Shown piece after piece: positions 38,606 to 49,331 of a stretch of DNA of 64,000 nucleotides. Origin of the DNA: Acidobacteriota bacterium (GTDB lineage: Bacteria > Acidobacteriota > UBA890 > WLXD01); NCBI GenBank assembly GCA_965248695.1, contig CBDFKD010000002.1, forward strand, positions 1,952,001 to 2,016,000, given 5' to 3'. The translations under genes were made by a program, and so were the position numbers. The notes below the pieces were generated by a model that did not search any database, was not told where the DNA came from, and saw only the letters and a program-made list of their open reading frames with translations. Positions within the stretch are counted from its first letter, which is position 1. Each line of letters starts with the position of its first letter.

Positions 38606-40300
38606 ATATCCCGACAACCTGTAACCGGCATGTTGCAGGGCCTGCAGGCCTCGCAGAAACGCAGTCTGGAGCGCACGTTCCGACGCCGGGTGCCACCCGA
38701 CCGGATCGTTTCCGGAGAGCTCGCGCGGCACCTGGCGCAGCTGTCGCGCGAGATGGGGCGCCAGATCGGCGTGCTACTGGCCCGGAACGGCGCCGTCCGG
38801 CATGTGGTCGTCGGCGACGCGCACAAGCTCATGCTGCCGGATATCGGCCGACTCCGGGGTGGCGCCGGTCGTTTCCGCGGCTTGCGCCTGGTACACACGC
38901 ACCTGCGCGGCGAGCCGCTCACCGACGACGACCTCAACGATCTGGCGCTGCTGCGCCTCGACATGGTGGCGATGATCGAGGTTCGCGCCGATGGGCTGCC
39001 CGGACGATTCGAAGCGGCTTATCTGGACCCGGCAGCCCTTGCCAATCAGAACGACGGGGAACCCCAGAGCGATCCCTTCGTTCACCGGCATGCGCGCGAC
39101 GTACAGTCGCTCGACCTCGACTTCGGATCTACGATTGCCGCGCTGGAGGAGGAGTTCGCCCGCGTCGTCGGACGGGCTCGGGGCCCCAAGGATGCGGAGC
39201 GCGCGCTGGTCATCGGCCGGCGGCCGCAGGACCGGCACTTCGAGGAAACGCTGGAGCTGGTGGGATCGTCGGGCGTCGTGATCGCCGGGACCCTGCGTCA
39301 GAAGCGTCGCATCCATCCGAAGACCGTCGTCGGTCGCGGCAAGCTGCAGGAACTGATCCTCGAGGCAATGCGCCGCAACGCCGACGTGGCGATCTTCGAC
39401 ATCGACCTCAAGCCGGCACAGGCGCGGGCATTTGAAGACGCGACCGGCATGAAAGCGATCGATCGCACGCAGCTGATCTTGGATATCTTCGCGCAGCGGG
39501 CGCGAAGCCGCGACGGCAAGCTGCAGGTCGAGCTCGCGCAGCTACGCTACTCGCTACCGCGACTCACCGATCAGGATGCGGGCCTGTCGCGTCTCACCGG
39601 CGGCATCGGAGGTCGCGGCCCTGGCGAGACGGTGCTGGAGATTGGCCGTAGGCGCATCCGCGATCGCATCCGCCGGCTGGAGAAACAAGTCGAGCAGCTT
39701 TCCAAGCAGCGCGACGTAAGGCGGCGGCGACGGCGCCAGCAGGGCCTGCCGGTGCTGTCGATCGTCGGATACACCAACGCCGGCAAGAGCACGCTGCTGA
39801 ATGCGCTGACCTCGTCCGACATCGAGACCGAGGACCGGCTATTCATGACCCTTGACCCGACCAGCCGGCGACTGCGTTTCCCGCGCGAGGGAGAGGTGAT
39901 CATCACGGACACCGTCGGCTTCATCTCCGAGCTACCCGGCGACCTCATAGCTGCGTTCCGCGCCACCATGGAGGAGCTGGCCGACGCCGATCTGTTGTTG
40001 CATGTGGCCGACGCCTCGGATCCGCACATCGACGACAAGATCGACGCCGTCAACGGCGTGCTCGCGGATATCGACGCTCTGGGTGTGCCGGTTCTGAAGG
40101 TGCTCAACAAGGCCGATCTCGTGGCCGCCGCCGAGATGTCCGCATTGGCGGCGCGGCACGATGCGGTCGCTGTCAGCGCTATCGAGCGCAAAGGCCTCCG
40201 CCGGCTGATCGCCGAGGCCGAGAGCCGCATCGCGGGAAGCGCGCCCGGCGTTCCGGCGCCTGACGCCCTGAGCCGCGGCGCACAGCGCTCGGGCGTCTAG
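38606..40300 (+). CDS. hflX: GTPase HflX, long form with N-terminal extension
   Basis: [41 protein letters not shown]; first ATG is 38630, possible ATA start at 38606. Confidence 0.93.
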   Translation: MSRQPVTGMLQGLQASQKRSLERTFRRRVPPDRIVSGELARHLAQLSREMGRQIGVLLARNGAVRHVVVGDAHKLMLPDIGRLRGGAGRFRGLRLVHTHLRGEPLTDDDLNDLALLRLDMVAMIEVRADGLPGRFEAAYLDPAALANQNDGEPQSDPFVHRHARDVQSLDLDFGSTIAALEEEFARVVGRARGPKDAERALVIGRRPQDRHFEETLELVGSSGVVIAGTLRQKRRIHPKTVVGRGKLQELILEAMRRNADVAIFDIDLKPAQARAFEDATGMKAIDRTQLILDIFAQRARSRDGKLQVELAQLRYSLPRLTDQDAGLSRLTGGIGGRGPGETVLEIGRRRIRDRIRRLEKQVEQLSKQRDVRRRRRRQQGLPVLSIVGYTNAGKSTLLNALTSSDIETEDRLFMTLDPTSRRLRFPREGEVIITDTVGFISELPGDLIAAFRATMEELADADLLLHVADASDPHIDDKIDAVNGVLADIDALGVPVLKVLNKADLVAAAEMSALAARHDAVAVSAIERKGLRRLIAEAESRIAGSAPGVPAPDALSRGAQRSGV

Positions 40301-41466
40301 CGCGGCTGGAACCAGGCGCGCAGGATCTCTTGTGCCGGTTTGGCGCGGGGCGTGAAGTCGCTATTGGCGGAGCCACCCCAGTCGAGATCTGCATACCAGA
40401 TCCAGAAATACGCTCCGGCCAGCCAACTGTCGGGCTCGAAGATCGGCATCCCGTCCCGGGCGACGGCGCCGAACGACTCGGCCAGACAAGCGTAGACAGT
40501 GGCCTGGACGTTCGCGTCGGCAACCTGGCTGTCGTGCCATTCCCAGGGACGATACGCCGCCCCGGAAGCCGACTTGTAGCCCACCTCGGTCAGCAAGACC
40601 GAACGATCGTAGCGTTCCGCAACGACCGCCAGCGAAGCGCGAATTCGAGCCATTCGCGCGAGACATGCGTCGCTCTGCAGCACCTCGTCGCGATCTTCCG
40701 TCAGCGGCCAGAACGCGTCGACCCCAATGTAATCGACCGCGTCCCACCATTCGATCTGTTCCAGCTCGCGGTCCCAGTTGGCGGCGTAGGTGAGCTTGCC
40801 GGCGAACAGCGCACCGACATCGGACGCGAGTTGACGCCAGAACTCCGGATGCCTCAGGGCGACCTCCGTGAGCTCGGAGCCCAGCGAGAATCCCGCTACG
40901 CGCTCCTGAGCCGCCAGCCGCGCGAAGCCCAGCACCACGTCACGGTAACCGCGCTCCCAGGCGGGCCATATGGCCGGACCAGGGTCGATATCACCGCGCC
41001 AGGCGCCTTCCGAGCGGTCGTCGAGCCACAGGTGGGGCTTGAGGAGGACCGCCAGCCCGCGCGCATGCGCCAGCCGGATCGCCGTCCGCGTATCCGACTC
41101 CACGCGCTCGCGCGAACCGCGCCAGGTGAAGTCGACATCACCGAGCCGTGGCTGGAAAAAGCTCGGGATCACGGCCACGTGATCGACTCCGAGGTCGACC
41201 AACGCGTCGAGGCTCGCCGGCAGCGCCGTCAGATCAACCGAAGAACCATGCCCGCCAACGGGCTCGATGTTCATGCCACGCTGGAAGCCCGGCGGCGCTG
41301 GGGAAACGGCTGCTAGGAATCGGCTACTTGCCGGATCCGGTGCGTCGCCGGCGACGCACGCGCCGACCATGACCAGCACCACCGAAATGATCCCTGGCAG
41401 GTGGCGACAATGTCGACGACGTGCCGGCGGCGGCGCGCGGCGCGCGGCGACCCAGAACGCGTTCAT
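40297..41466 (-). CDS. Glycoside hydrolase, GH113-like TIM barrel
   Basis: LLKPHLW, WRG, LGSEL, LTYAANW, IGVDAFWPL, TEVGY; start uncertain. Confidence 0.8.
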   Translation of the reverse strand: MNAFWVAARRAPPPARRRHCRHLPGIISVVLVMVGACVAGDAPDPASSRFLAAVSPAPPGFQRGMNIEPVGGHGSSVDLTALPASLDALVDLGVDHVAVIPSFFQPRLGDVDFTWRGSRERVESDTRTAIRLAHARGLAVLLKPHLWLDDRSEGAWRGDIDPGPAIWPAWERGYRDVVLGFARLAAQERVAGFSLGSELTEVALRHPEFWRQLASDVGALFAGKLTYAANWDRELEQIEWWDAVDYIGVDAFWPLTEDRDEVLQSDACLARMARIRASLAVVAERYDRSVLLTEVGYKSASGAAYRPWEWHDSQVADANVQATVYACLAESFGAVARDGMPIFEPDSWLAGAYFWIWYADLDWGGSANSDFTPRAKPAQEILRAWFQPR

Positions 41467-41578
41467 GGGGCGCATCTTACATGCGGGCGGCAACGCCACC
41501 GCCGGGCGCGGCTGGCAAGAAGGTCCCCGGCGCGGTCAAATAGCAGGCGCGCACTGCCCCCGCGAAACGGAGCGACCG

Positions 41579-42404
41579 ATGAGACACCGAACCCGAGCCT
41601 CGTTGCTCGCCATTCTCCTGCTACCGACAGGCTGTGTTGCTCACGCTGATCGAACGGCAGCGATATCGACCACGGCAGCCGCGGGCTCCACGTTGCAAGA
41701 CTGTGGTGACTGGCGCTACCCGGTGCTCTGCCGGGTGGAGCTACGGGTCAACGCCGGTAGCTATGACTGGCAGGACTACGATCCCGACGACACGCTCAGG
41801 GTTCCGCCCAGCGGCGACCTCGAGATCGAGATCAGCGGACGCGATCAGGACGGTCGCAGCTTCCCACAGGATCGCTTGCAGCTGGGGTTCATCGATCGTG
41901 ACTGCAGAGGCGTGCTGAACGTCGAGAGCCGGGACGAGGGCACGGTTCGTATCTCGGCCCGTCGCTCCGACGGTCGGTGCCGACTAGAGCTCTACGTGCC
42001 CGGCAACCTGAACTTCGCTTGGCGCATCGATGTCGAGGTGCGGCGCGGCGCGTCGTCCGGATACGAGCGGCGGGAAGCCGAGGCCATCGTGCGTGCCCTG
42101 TATCGCGGCGTCCTGGGTCGCGAGGTTGACGCGGGCAGCTTCAATAGCGCCGTCTCCGAGGTACAACGTGGTCGTCTCGAGCAGCAGCTACAGGCCATGT
42201 TTGCGCAGCGGTGAGTTCGTCCAGAGCACCGCGAACGTGAGCACGGCAGACCTCCTCGAGAGGTTCTATCAAGGTCTGCTCGAGCGTCGCCCCGACTCCA
42301 GCGGGACCCGTGACTTGCTGCCGCAACTGGAACGCCGGCGCTACATGGACGTGGTACTGGCGATCATCCGTTCGGCCGAGTTCGAGGAGCGGTACCTCCA
42401 GTGA
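41579..42404 (+). pseudogene. Lipoprotein with C-terminal DUF4214-like helical repeats, frameshifted
   Basis: Lipobox-like PTGC; IVRALYRGVLGREVD repeat continues as LLERFYQGLLERRPD..SAEF in another frame; removing one T at 42200-42202 gives MLRSGEF. Confidence 0.7.
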
Positions 42405-43621
42405 CATCGGCCTGTTCGGTAGACGCGGTTTCTGCCGCGACGTTGCCGCCACGACGCTCTTGGTATGGGTGCCGGTTGCTGGCATTGCCGCTGGTAGCAA
42501 TGCTGCCCGTGATGGGAGCTTGCCAGCCCGACGTGGAGATACCGACGGAGGAACCCAGCGAGCAGGTAACCGCTCGACCCGGCGATCCGGAGCTCGACGA
42601 GATCACGGCATTGGCCCTTGCGGCGCTGCCGCTGGCCTGCCTCGACCGACCGCATAGGGCGCCGAGCAGCGACGGCTATCTGTACGAGCGCCCGGCGACG
42701 CTGCGGGCCGACTTCGAGAACAACCGCGCCTTCTACGGCTGTTTCGACTGGCACTCGGCGGTGAACTCGATCTGGGCGCTGGTGGAGCTCCTCGATCGCT
42801 TCCCCGAATCGCCGATCACGCCGCTCATCGTAGAGAAGCTCGACGAGCACCTAGGGGCGCAACCGCTGGCCGGCGAGCTGTCGTTTTTCACCGACAATCG
42901 ATCGTTCGAACGCCCATACGGTTGGGCATGGCTGCTGGCGCTACACGCCGCGCTGAGCAAATCGACGCACCCCGATGCCGACACCTGGGCGGCGAACACA
43001 GCACCGCTGGCGCAGTTGTTCGTCGGCCGCCTTCCACAGTAACTCGAGAGCCTCGACTACCCCGTGCGGGTCGGAGCTCACGCCAACACTGCCTTCGCGA
43101 TGGATCTGATCCTCGACTACGCCGAGGCCACCGCAGATGGCGAGCTTCGACAGCTGGTGAGCTCCCGCGCCGAGGCTCTGTATGCCGACGATGTCGATTG
43201 CCCGCTGGCCTACGAGCCATCCGCCTCTGACTTCCTGTCGCCGTGCCTGCAGGAGGCGATGCTGATGGCGCGGGTGCTCGACGGCCCGACCTTCGTCAGC
43301 TGGCACGATGCGTTCCTGCCCGCCACGGACAGCCCCGGTTTCGCCGCGCTTGCCGAACGGGTGCAGCTTGGCGCCAGCGTCTCGGATGACGGCGGGCTGA
43401 TGGGCGCCAAGTCACACCTGATCGGGTTGGCGTTCACGCGCGCCGAGGGCCTCAGTCGCCTGGCGGCAACGCTGGGCAGCGATCATCCCAGCTTCGAGAG
43501 CTACCGCGCGACTGCCGGGCAACAGGCCGCCTACGGCATGGCAGCAATGTTCGACGCCGCCTACTACGGATCACACTGGATCGGGACCTTCGCGATCAAG
43601 TATCTGATCACGCTGCAATAG
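42401..43621 (+). pseudogene. DUF2891 family lipoprotein with in-frame TAA
   Basis: FYGCFDWHSAV, FERPYGWAW; TAA at 43040-43042; same frame continues LESLDYPVRVGAHANTAF, DFLSPCL, HW. Confidence 0.8.
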
Positions 43622-43634
43622 GATCTGCGGCGAC

Positions 43635-45527
43635 CTACTGGCGTTCGTGACGCGAGAGAATCCACTCGCGCGCCCCGACGAGCGATTCGAGAGCAGCTTG
43701 CCGAACCGACTCGCCGTCGGCTATGTCGTCGATCGCCAGCGGTTCATTGTGAGTGCGTTGCGAAGCATGCTCGCGCACCACGAGCCGAGCCGTGAGCGCA
43801 CCGTTGTCTTCGAGCTTGCGCACCCAGACTCCGATGCTGAAATCAGCCACGGCGACCACCGACGTCAACGCGATCGGCGGGCTCGCGTCGAGCGTCGTGG
43901 CGATCTCGTGCAGCAAGTCCCGCAGCGCCATCTGCGCCTCGAGCCGGGGAACGCGCGGTTTCGTCAGGTGGACCACCGGCCCGGCCAGGCGCTCGTCCAG
44001 CTGCAGCGGCGCGGGCGAGTGTTGTCGTAGGCTGGCGAACAGATCGCTCATGTCGACGCCGCCGAGCTGCGCGCGGATGGCGTGTTCCCACGCCGCCGCA
44101 TGATCACCGAGCTCGAAACAAACTTCCGCCAGCCGGAGGTGAGTCGCAGTGGCACCGGGATGGATTCGCAAGGAGCGCTCGTAGGCGTTGCGCGCGTCGT
44201 CCCAGCGCGCCAACTTCTCCATCGCCAGACCACGCCCGAAGAACGGCGCACCGATGTCCGGACTGCCGGCGGCGGCCAGATCGAACTGCCCGAGGGCCTC
44301 GTCGAACTGACCCAGGGCCATTGCCACACTTGCCTGGCGCAGCGCCCCCACGACGCTCGCGTAGTTATCGGCGCTGCGATAGAGGCCCGGCTGCACGATG
44401 ACCTCGCCAGGTTTGCCGACAAGCTCGACCTCGAGCTCGTGCCAGCCCTCCTGAACCGGCTTGGGCGACGTGTAGGCAAGCACGTAGTAACTGCGCAGCA
44501 GCGTCATGGTGGCGTCGTACCCCTCGCCGAGGTCCTGCTGCAGAACCAGTTGCCCGCCGGAGACGCGGACAAGCTCCCCCAACTGCTCGCGCAGCGTGCG
44601 TAGGTTTTCCAGTTCCTCGCGTGCCAGCACGCGTCGACTCGGCGCACCAATGGTGGTCGACCTACCGCTCGCCCAGGCAGACGATCGGCGCTGTACCGCA
44701 GTCTCTGCGGCCATGCCGACGGCGACCGCGAACACCGGCACCTCCGAACGCCAGCTCGCCAGCAGCACATCCGAGTACGCTGCACGACTGCCGAGATCCT
44801 CACCGTCGGTCAGCACCACCAGCGCCGCGCGACGCTCGCGTGCCTCGGCGATCGACAGCGGCTCGCCGCAGGCGGCATCCGTCACCGGCTCCATCCAGGT
44901 GTTGTAAAGAGTGTCGCGCAGCTCCTCGGCGGCGGCGGAAGCGGAATCTGGCCGGCGCCGGTCGAGTGCATCGTGGGCAACGAGCACCGCGTCGTACAGG
45001 CGCGTATAGGCGTCGAAGGAATACTCGTCGATTACCCGTCGCAGCTCGGGATCTCCCGGCACGCCCCAGATACCGGGACCGACCTGTTGGTGGAACGGCA
45101 GCACGAAAACACAATCGTCTGCCGACAGCCGGTCGAGAAAAGCGTGTGCCGATCGCCGGGCGGCGGCCTCCGACCAGTCACGGCGCACGCTGTTGCTGAA
45201 ATCGAGCACCATCGCCACGTCGAGTGAGAACCGCAGCGGATCGAGCACCAGCTGAACTTCTTGTTCCAAGCCGTCCTCGAGGACGCGGAAATCGGCCGGG
45301 CCAAGGCCGGCCACCGGCTCGCCGTCCGCGTCGATGACGGCGGCTTTGACACGGGTCATTCCGACGTCGACGCGAAAACTGGGACGCTGTTGTGCGTCCG
45401 CTTGGCGCGGCGCACCCAGTCCGGGCGCTGCGCCGGGGGCGACGGCAGCGAGCGAGAACAGCGCGACCAAACAGACGAGCGCTCGGCGCGAACTCCTCGC
45501 CGCCTTGAATGCAACTCGGTGTTCCAT
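43635..45527 (-). CDS. Secreted VWA-domain protein with TPR region
   Basis: FRVDV, DFRVLEDG, MIDAS DFSNS, TRLYDA, LTDGED, YVLAY, TPR-like helices. Confidence 0.85.
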   Translation of the reverse strand: MEHRVAFKAARSSRRALVCLVALFSLAAVAPGAAPGLGAPRQADAQQRPSFRVDVGMTRVKAAVIDADGEPVAGLGPADFRVLEDGLEQEVQLVLDPLRFSLDVAMVLDFSNSVRRDWSEAAARRSAHAFLDRLSADDCVFVLPFHQQVGPGIWGVPGDPELRRVIDEYSFDAYTRLYDAVLVAHDALDRRRPDSASAAAEELRDTLYNTWMEPVTDAACGEPLSIAEARERRAALVVLTDGEDLGSRAAYSDVLLASWRSEVPVFAVAVGMAAETAVQRRSSAWASGRSTTIGAPSRRVLAREELENLRTLREQLGELVRVSGGQLVLQQDLGEGYDATMTLLRSYYVLAYTSPKPVQEGWHELEVELVGKPGEVIVQPGLYRSADNYASVVGALRQASVAMALGQFDEALGQFDLAAAGSPDIGAPFFGRGLAMEKLARWDDARNAYERSLRIHPGATATHLRLAEVCFELGDHAAAWEHAIRAQLGGVDMSDLFASLRQHSPAPLQLDERLAGPVVHLTKPRVPRLEAQMALRDLLHEIATTLDASPPIALTSVVAVADFSIGVWVRKLEDNGALTARLVVREHASQRTHNEPLAIDDIADGESVRQAALESLVGAREWILSRHERQ

Positions 45528-45631
45528 TCACAGACGGTAGAAATCCTTCCCGCCACTCGTCAAGCAGGGGACCCTGTGTCGGCGCTAGATCGCGTACTAG
45601 AATCGGCGCGCCGTCTGACTCGGGGAGCATC

Positions 45632-46144
45632 ATGCCGGTTTCGCTGGAAAACTCGCGCGTCGTCTATCAAGCGCTCAGATCATGTGACGTCGAGATCATG
45701 TCGGCGCTGCCGGAAACCTGGCTGGTCCATCTGATCCAACTTGCCGAAGAGGACCCCGACGCAACGCTCGTGCGCCTCGCCAAGGAGGAGGAGGGCGTCG
45801 GCGTGTCGATGGGCGCCCATCTTGCCGGCGTGCGTTCGGCGATGCTCATGCAGAATCACGGTTTTCTGGCGTCGATCAACGGCATCGTCTCAGGGGCACA
45901 GCTGTACCGCATCCCGCTGCTGATGCTCATCAGCGACCGTGGGTCGTTCGGTGAGCGCGACCCCTGGCAGACCGAGGGTGGGGGGCAGACCCAGCACGTA
46001 CTGGACGCGCTACGCATTCGCCATCTGCGGCTCGACGCGGCGGAGCACGTGCACCATCGCGTACAACAGGCGATGACGTTGGCCTACGCATCACTACGGC
46101 CGGTGGCCGTGCTGCTCGGACGCGACCTGATGTGGGAAGAATGA
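45632..46144 (+). CDS. comD: Sulfopyruvate decarboxylase alpha-like subunit
   Basis: KEEEGVGV, MQNHG, RIPLLMLISDRG, WQ. Confidence 0.75.
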   Translation: MPVSLENSRVVYQALRSCDVEIMSALPETWLVHLIQLAEEDPDATLVRLAKEEEGVGVSMGAHLAGVRSAMLMQNHGFLASINGIVSGAQLYRIPLLMLISDRGSFGERDPWQTEGGGQTQHVLDALRIRHLRLDAAEHVHHRVQQAMTLAYASLRPVAVLLGRDLMWEE

Positions 46145-46725
46145 ACGCCGCCAACCGTATGCTGCGAATCGACGCCCTTGGCGCTCTTTACGATCGCCTC
46201 GGCGGCTGCGTGGTGGTAACGATCATGGGCGCAGTGGCGGCCGAGCTCCAGTCGCTCGGGCACCGCCCCAACCACTTCTATCTGCAGCACGCCATGGGAC
46301 TGGCCTCATCGATGGGCCTCGGCCTGGCGCTGGCGCGGCCAGAGCGACAGGTGGTGGTGGTCGACGGCGACGGGTCGGCACTGATGAACCTCGGCGGGCT
46401 GACGACCCTGGGCCGCTATCGGCCCGGCAACCTGGTGCATCTGATCTTCGACAACGAGAGCCTGCTATCGGTGGGCGGCTTTCCCACTGCCACCGCCACC
46501 GAGTCCGACCTGGCGGCGATCGCCGCCGGCGCGGGCGTCCGTCGTACCAGCACCGTCAGCGATATCGATTCGTTGATTGCCGCGTTCGACGCCGCCTGCG
46601 AGGCGCGAGAGCTGGCGACGATCGTCGCCAAGGTCGCCGACCAGGGGCCGAAGGCGTTCGTTACCGATCTGGGGCTACTGGAAAACCGATTCCAGTTCGC
46701 CCGCTACCTGCAGGAGAGCTCATGA
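46141..46725 (+). CDS. comE: Sulfopyruvate decarboxylase beta-like subunit (ThDP-binding)
   Basis: AMGLASSMGLG, GDGSALMN...DN ThDP motif; ATGA overlap with the alpha gene. Confidence 0.75.
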   Translation: MNAANRMLRIDALGALYDRLGGCVVVTIMGAVAAELQSLGHRPNHFYLQHAMGLASSMGLGLALARPERQVVVVDGDGSALMNLGGLTTLGRYRPGNLVHLIFDNESLLSVGGFPTATATESDLAAIAAGAGVRRTSTVSDIDSLIAAFDAACEARELATIVAKVADQGPKAFVTDLGLLENRFQFARYLQESS

Positions 46726-47504
46726 GCGGCCTTCTGACCCAGCTCGTCGATGCGCTTCGGAGCGGCGACGTGCGTGTCGTAGACCTCACGCAACCCCTCG
46801 AGCCGGACACGCCGGTGATCGCCCTACCACCACCGTTCGCACCCTCACCTGGGGTCACCGTGGAGCAGATCTCGCGCTTCGACGACGACGGGCCTGCCTG
46901 GTACTGGAACGCGGTCAGCTTCGGCGAGCACACCGGAACGCACTTCGATGCGCCTGGGCACTGGATCAGTGGCAAGGATCTGCCCGACAACACCACCGAC
47001 ACGATCCCGCCGTCGCGGTTCGTCGGTCCGGCCAGCGTGATCGATGTGACCGCCGCCGTGGAGGACGACCCCGACTACTTGCTCACGCCCGAAGAGCTCC
47101 AGGCCTGGGAAGGTGTACATGGACCGGTGGCCCCGGGCGGCTGGGTGCTGCTGCACACTGGGTGGAGCACGCGCCGCGGTGTCGAGGCGTTCCTCAACGT
47201 CCACGACGACGGTCCGCATAGCCCCGGGTTCCACAGCGACACCATTCGCACCCTGGCCGAGCGCGACATTCTCGGCGTCGGTGTGGAGACCGTCGGTACG
47301 GATGCCGGACAGGCGGGCGGGTTCGATCCTCCGTTCCCGGCCCACACGCTCATGCACGGCGCCGGCAAGCTGGGGCTCGCCAGCCTGTGCAACCTCGACC
47401 AGCTGCCGGCCACCGGAGCGGTGGTCGTCGCAGCGCCGCTGAAGCTGGTTCAGGGCAGCGGCAGCCCACTCCGTGTCCTCGCCCTGGTTGACCAGAAGGG
47501 ATGA
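46722..47504 (+). CDS. Cyclase family protein (kynurenine formamidase/isatin hydrolase-like)
   Basis: HTGTHFDAPGH, GSGSPLR. Confidence 0.9.
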   Translation: MSGLLTQLVDALRSGDVRVVDLTQPLEPDTPVIALPPPFAPSPGVTVEQISRFDDDGPAWYWNAVSFGEHTGTHFDAPGHWISGKDLPDNTTDTIPPSRFVGPASVIDVTAAVEDDPDYLLTPEELQAWEGVHGPVAPGGWVLLHTGWSTRRGVEAFLNVHDDGPHSPGFHSDTIRTLAERDILGVGVETVGTDAGQAGGFDPPFPAHTLMHGAGKLGLASLCNLDQLPATGAVVVAAPLKLVQGSGSPLRVLALVDQKG

Positions 47505-49306
47505 ATGCCATGCATCGCAGCATCGCTTGTCTTGTCCTGAGCCTCGCAGCCTCCGCATGCTCTGCGGCGGGCGATCCACCGGCGACAATCGAAGCCGCCG
47601 ACGCGTTCGTGGCGGAGGCGGAAGAGCAGCTGACGACCCTCGGTCGTGCGCAGGCCAACGCCGACTGGGTGCAGGCGACGTATATCAACTACGACAGCAA
47701 CAAGATCGCCGCCGCCGCGCAGGAGCGCATCACGACAGCAGCGGTCGATCTCGCGATCGCATCCACTCGCTTCGATGGGCTCGATCTGGGGTTCGACACC
47801 AACCGCAAGCTGGGCATGTTGAAGCGTGCGCTCTCGGTGCCGGCGCCGGCGAATGCGGCGTTGATCGCCGAGCTTGCACGGGTCTCCAACGAGCTCACCG
47901 GAGCCTATGGCTCGCACCAGTATTGCCGCGAAGACGGTGAGTGCCTGCAAGAGCCCCACATGGTCGGAATCATGGCCAACAGCCGTGACCCCGAGGAGTT
48001 GCTGGAGGTCTGGGAGGGCTGGCGCACGATGGGCCCGCCGATGCGCGAAGGCTACGTGCGGGTCATGGAGATCGCCAATCAAGGCGCTCAGGAGCTCGGC
48101 TTCGCCGACCTCGGAGCAATGTGGCGCTCCAACTACGAGATGGAGCCCGACGCTTTTGCGGCTGAAGCAGAACGCCTGGTGCGCCAGGTGCAACCACTGT
48201 ACGAGGCTCTCCACTGCCACGTCCGCGCTGGACTGCACGACTACTATGGCTCCCGCATCGTGCCTCCGGAAGGCCCCATCCCGGCCCACTTGCTAGGCAA
48301 CATGTGGGCGCAGAGTTGGACCAACGTCTATGACCTCGTTGCGCCGGAATCCTCGGAGACCGGGTACGACCTCACCGAGCGCATACAGCGCTCGCGGATG
48401 ACCGAGCTCGACATGGTGCGCACCGGCGAAGCCTTCTTCACCTCGCTGGGCTTCGAGCAGTTGCCGGAGACGTTCTGGGAACGTTCACTGTTCACCAAGC
48501 CGCGTGACCGCGAGGTCGTCTGCCACGCCAGTGCCTGGGACATGGGCGACGGCGAAGACTACCGCATCAAGATGTGCATCGACAAGACCGCGGACGCCTT
48601 CGACACCATCCACCATGAGCTCGGCCACAACTTCTATCAACGCGCCTACCGCGAGCAACCGCCGATGTATCAGGGCGGTGCCAACCCCGGGTTCCACGAG
48701 GCCATCGGCGACGCCATCGCGCTATCGATCACCCCGGAGTATCTGCACGAGATCGGCCTGGTCGACGATGTCCCCGACGCCTCTGGCGACATCGGATTGC
48801 TGCTCAACATGGCACTCGATCGCGTCGCTGCAATGCCGTGGACGTACCTGCTCGATCAGTGGCGCTGGCAAATCTCCAGCGGCGAGATCTCCGACGACGA
48901 GCTCAACAGCACCTGGTGGGAACTGCGTGAGCGCTACCAGGGAGTGGCCCCACCGATCGAGCGCACGGAGGCGAGCTTTGACCCGGGGGCGAAGTACCAC
49001 ATCCCGGCGATGGTGTCGTACACACGCTATTTCATCGCTCGGATCCTGCAGTTCCAGTTCCACCGCGCGATGTGCGACGCGGCTGGTTTCGAGGGTCCGT
49101 TGCATCGCTGCACGATCTACGGCAGCGAGGAGGCCGGCGCGAAGCTCAATGCAATGCTCGAGATGGGTGCTAGCCGTCCATGGAATGAGGCGCTCACCGC
49201 CCTCACCGGCGAAACGGAGATGGACGCAACGGCGATCCTTGACTACTTTGCCCCGCTGCAGACTTGGCTGGACGAGCAGAATGCCGGCCGACAATGCGGC
49301 TGGTAG
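47501..49306 (+). CDS. M2 family peptidyl-dipeptidase (ACE-like)
   Basis: PAHLLGNMWAQ, VCHASAW, HHELGH, GFHEAIGD, AKYHI. Confidence 0.95.
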   Translation: MNAMHRSIACLVLSLAASACSAAGDPPATIEAADAFVAEAEEQLTTLGRAQANADWVQATYINYDSNKIAAAAQERITTAAVDLAIASTRFDGLDLGFDTNRKLGMLKRALSVPAPANAALIAELARVSNELTGAYGSHQYCREDGECLQEPHMVGIMANSRDPEELLEVWEGWRTMGPPMREGYVRVMEIANQGAQELGFADLGAMWRSNYEMEPDAFAAEAERLVRQVQPLYEALHCHVRAGLHDYYGSRIVPPEGPIPAHLLGNMWAQSWTNVYDLVAPESSETGYDLTERIQRSRMTELDMVRTGEAFFTSLGFEQLPETFWERSLFTKPRDREVVCHASAWDMGDGEDYRIKMCIDKTADAFDTIHHELGHNFYQRAYREQPPMYQGGANPGFHEAIGDAIALSITPEYLHEIGLVDDVPDASGDIGLLLNMALDRVAAMPWTYLLDQWRWQISSGEISDDELNSTWWELRERYQGVAPPIERTEASFDPGAKYHIPAMVSYTRYFIARILQFQFHRAMCDAAGFEGPLHRCTIYGSEEAGAKLNAMLEMGASRPWNEALTALTGETEMDATAILDYFAPLQTWLDEQNAGRQCGW

Positions 49307-49331
49307 AGATCAGCCTGGAGGCGCTCGCACC

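Noticed and set aside
9568-43621. Genome-wide stop-codon recoding suggested by the in-frame stops
   Set aside because: The two stops differ (TAG and TAA) and both codons terminate intact genes in this window
48504-49331. Long N-terminal extension of the matrixin-like ORF (similarly 60142-60768 for DUF1326)
   Set aside because: Off-frame overlap with the upstream gene; RBS-supported starts lie downstream
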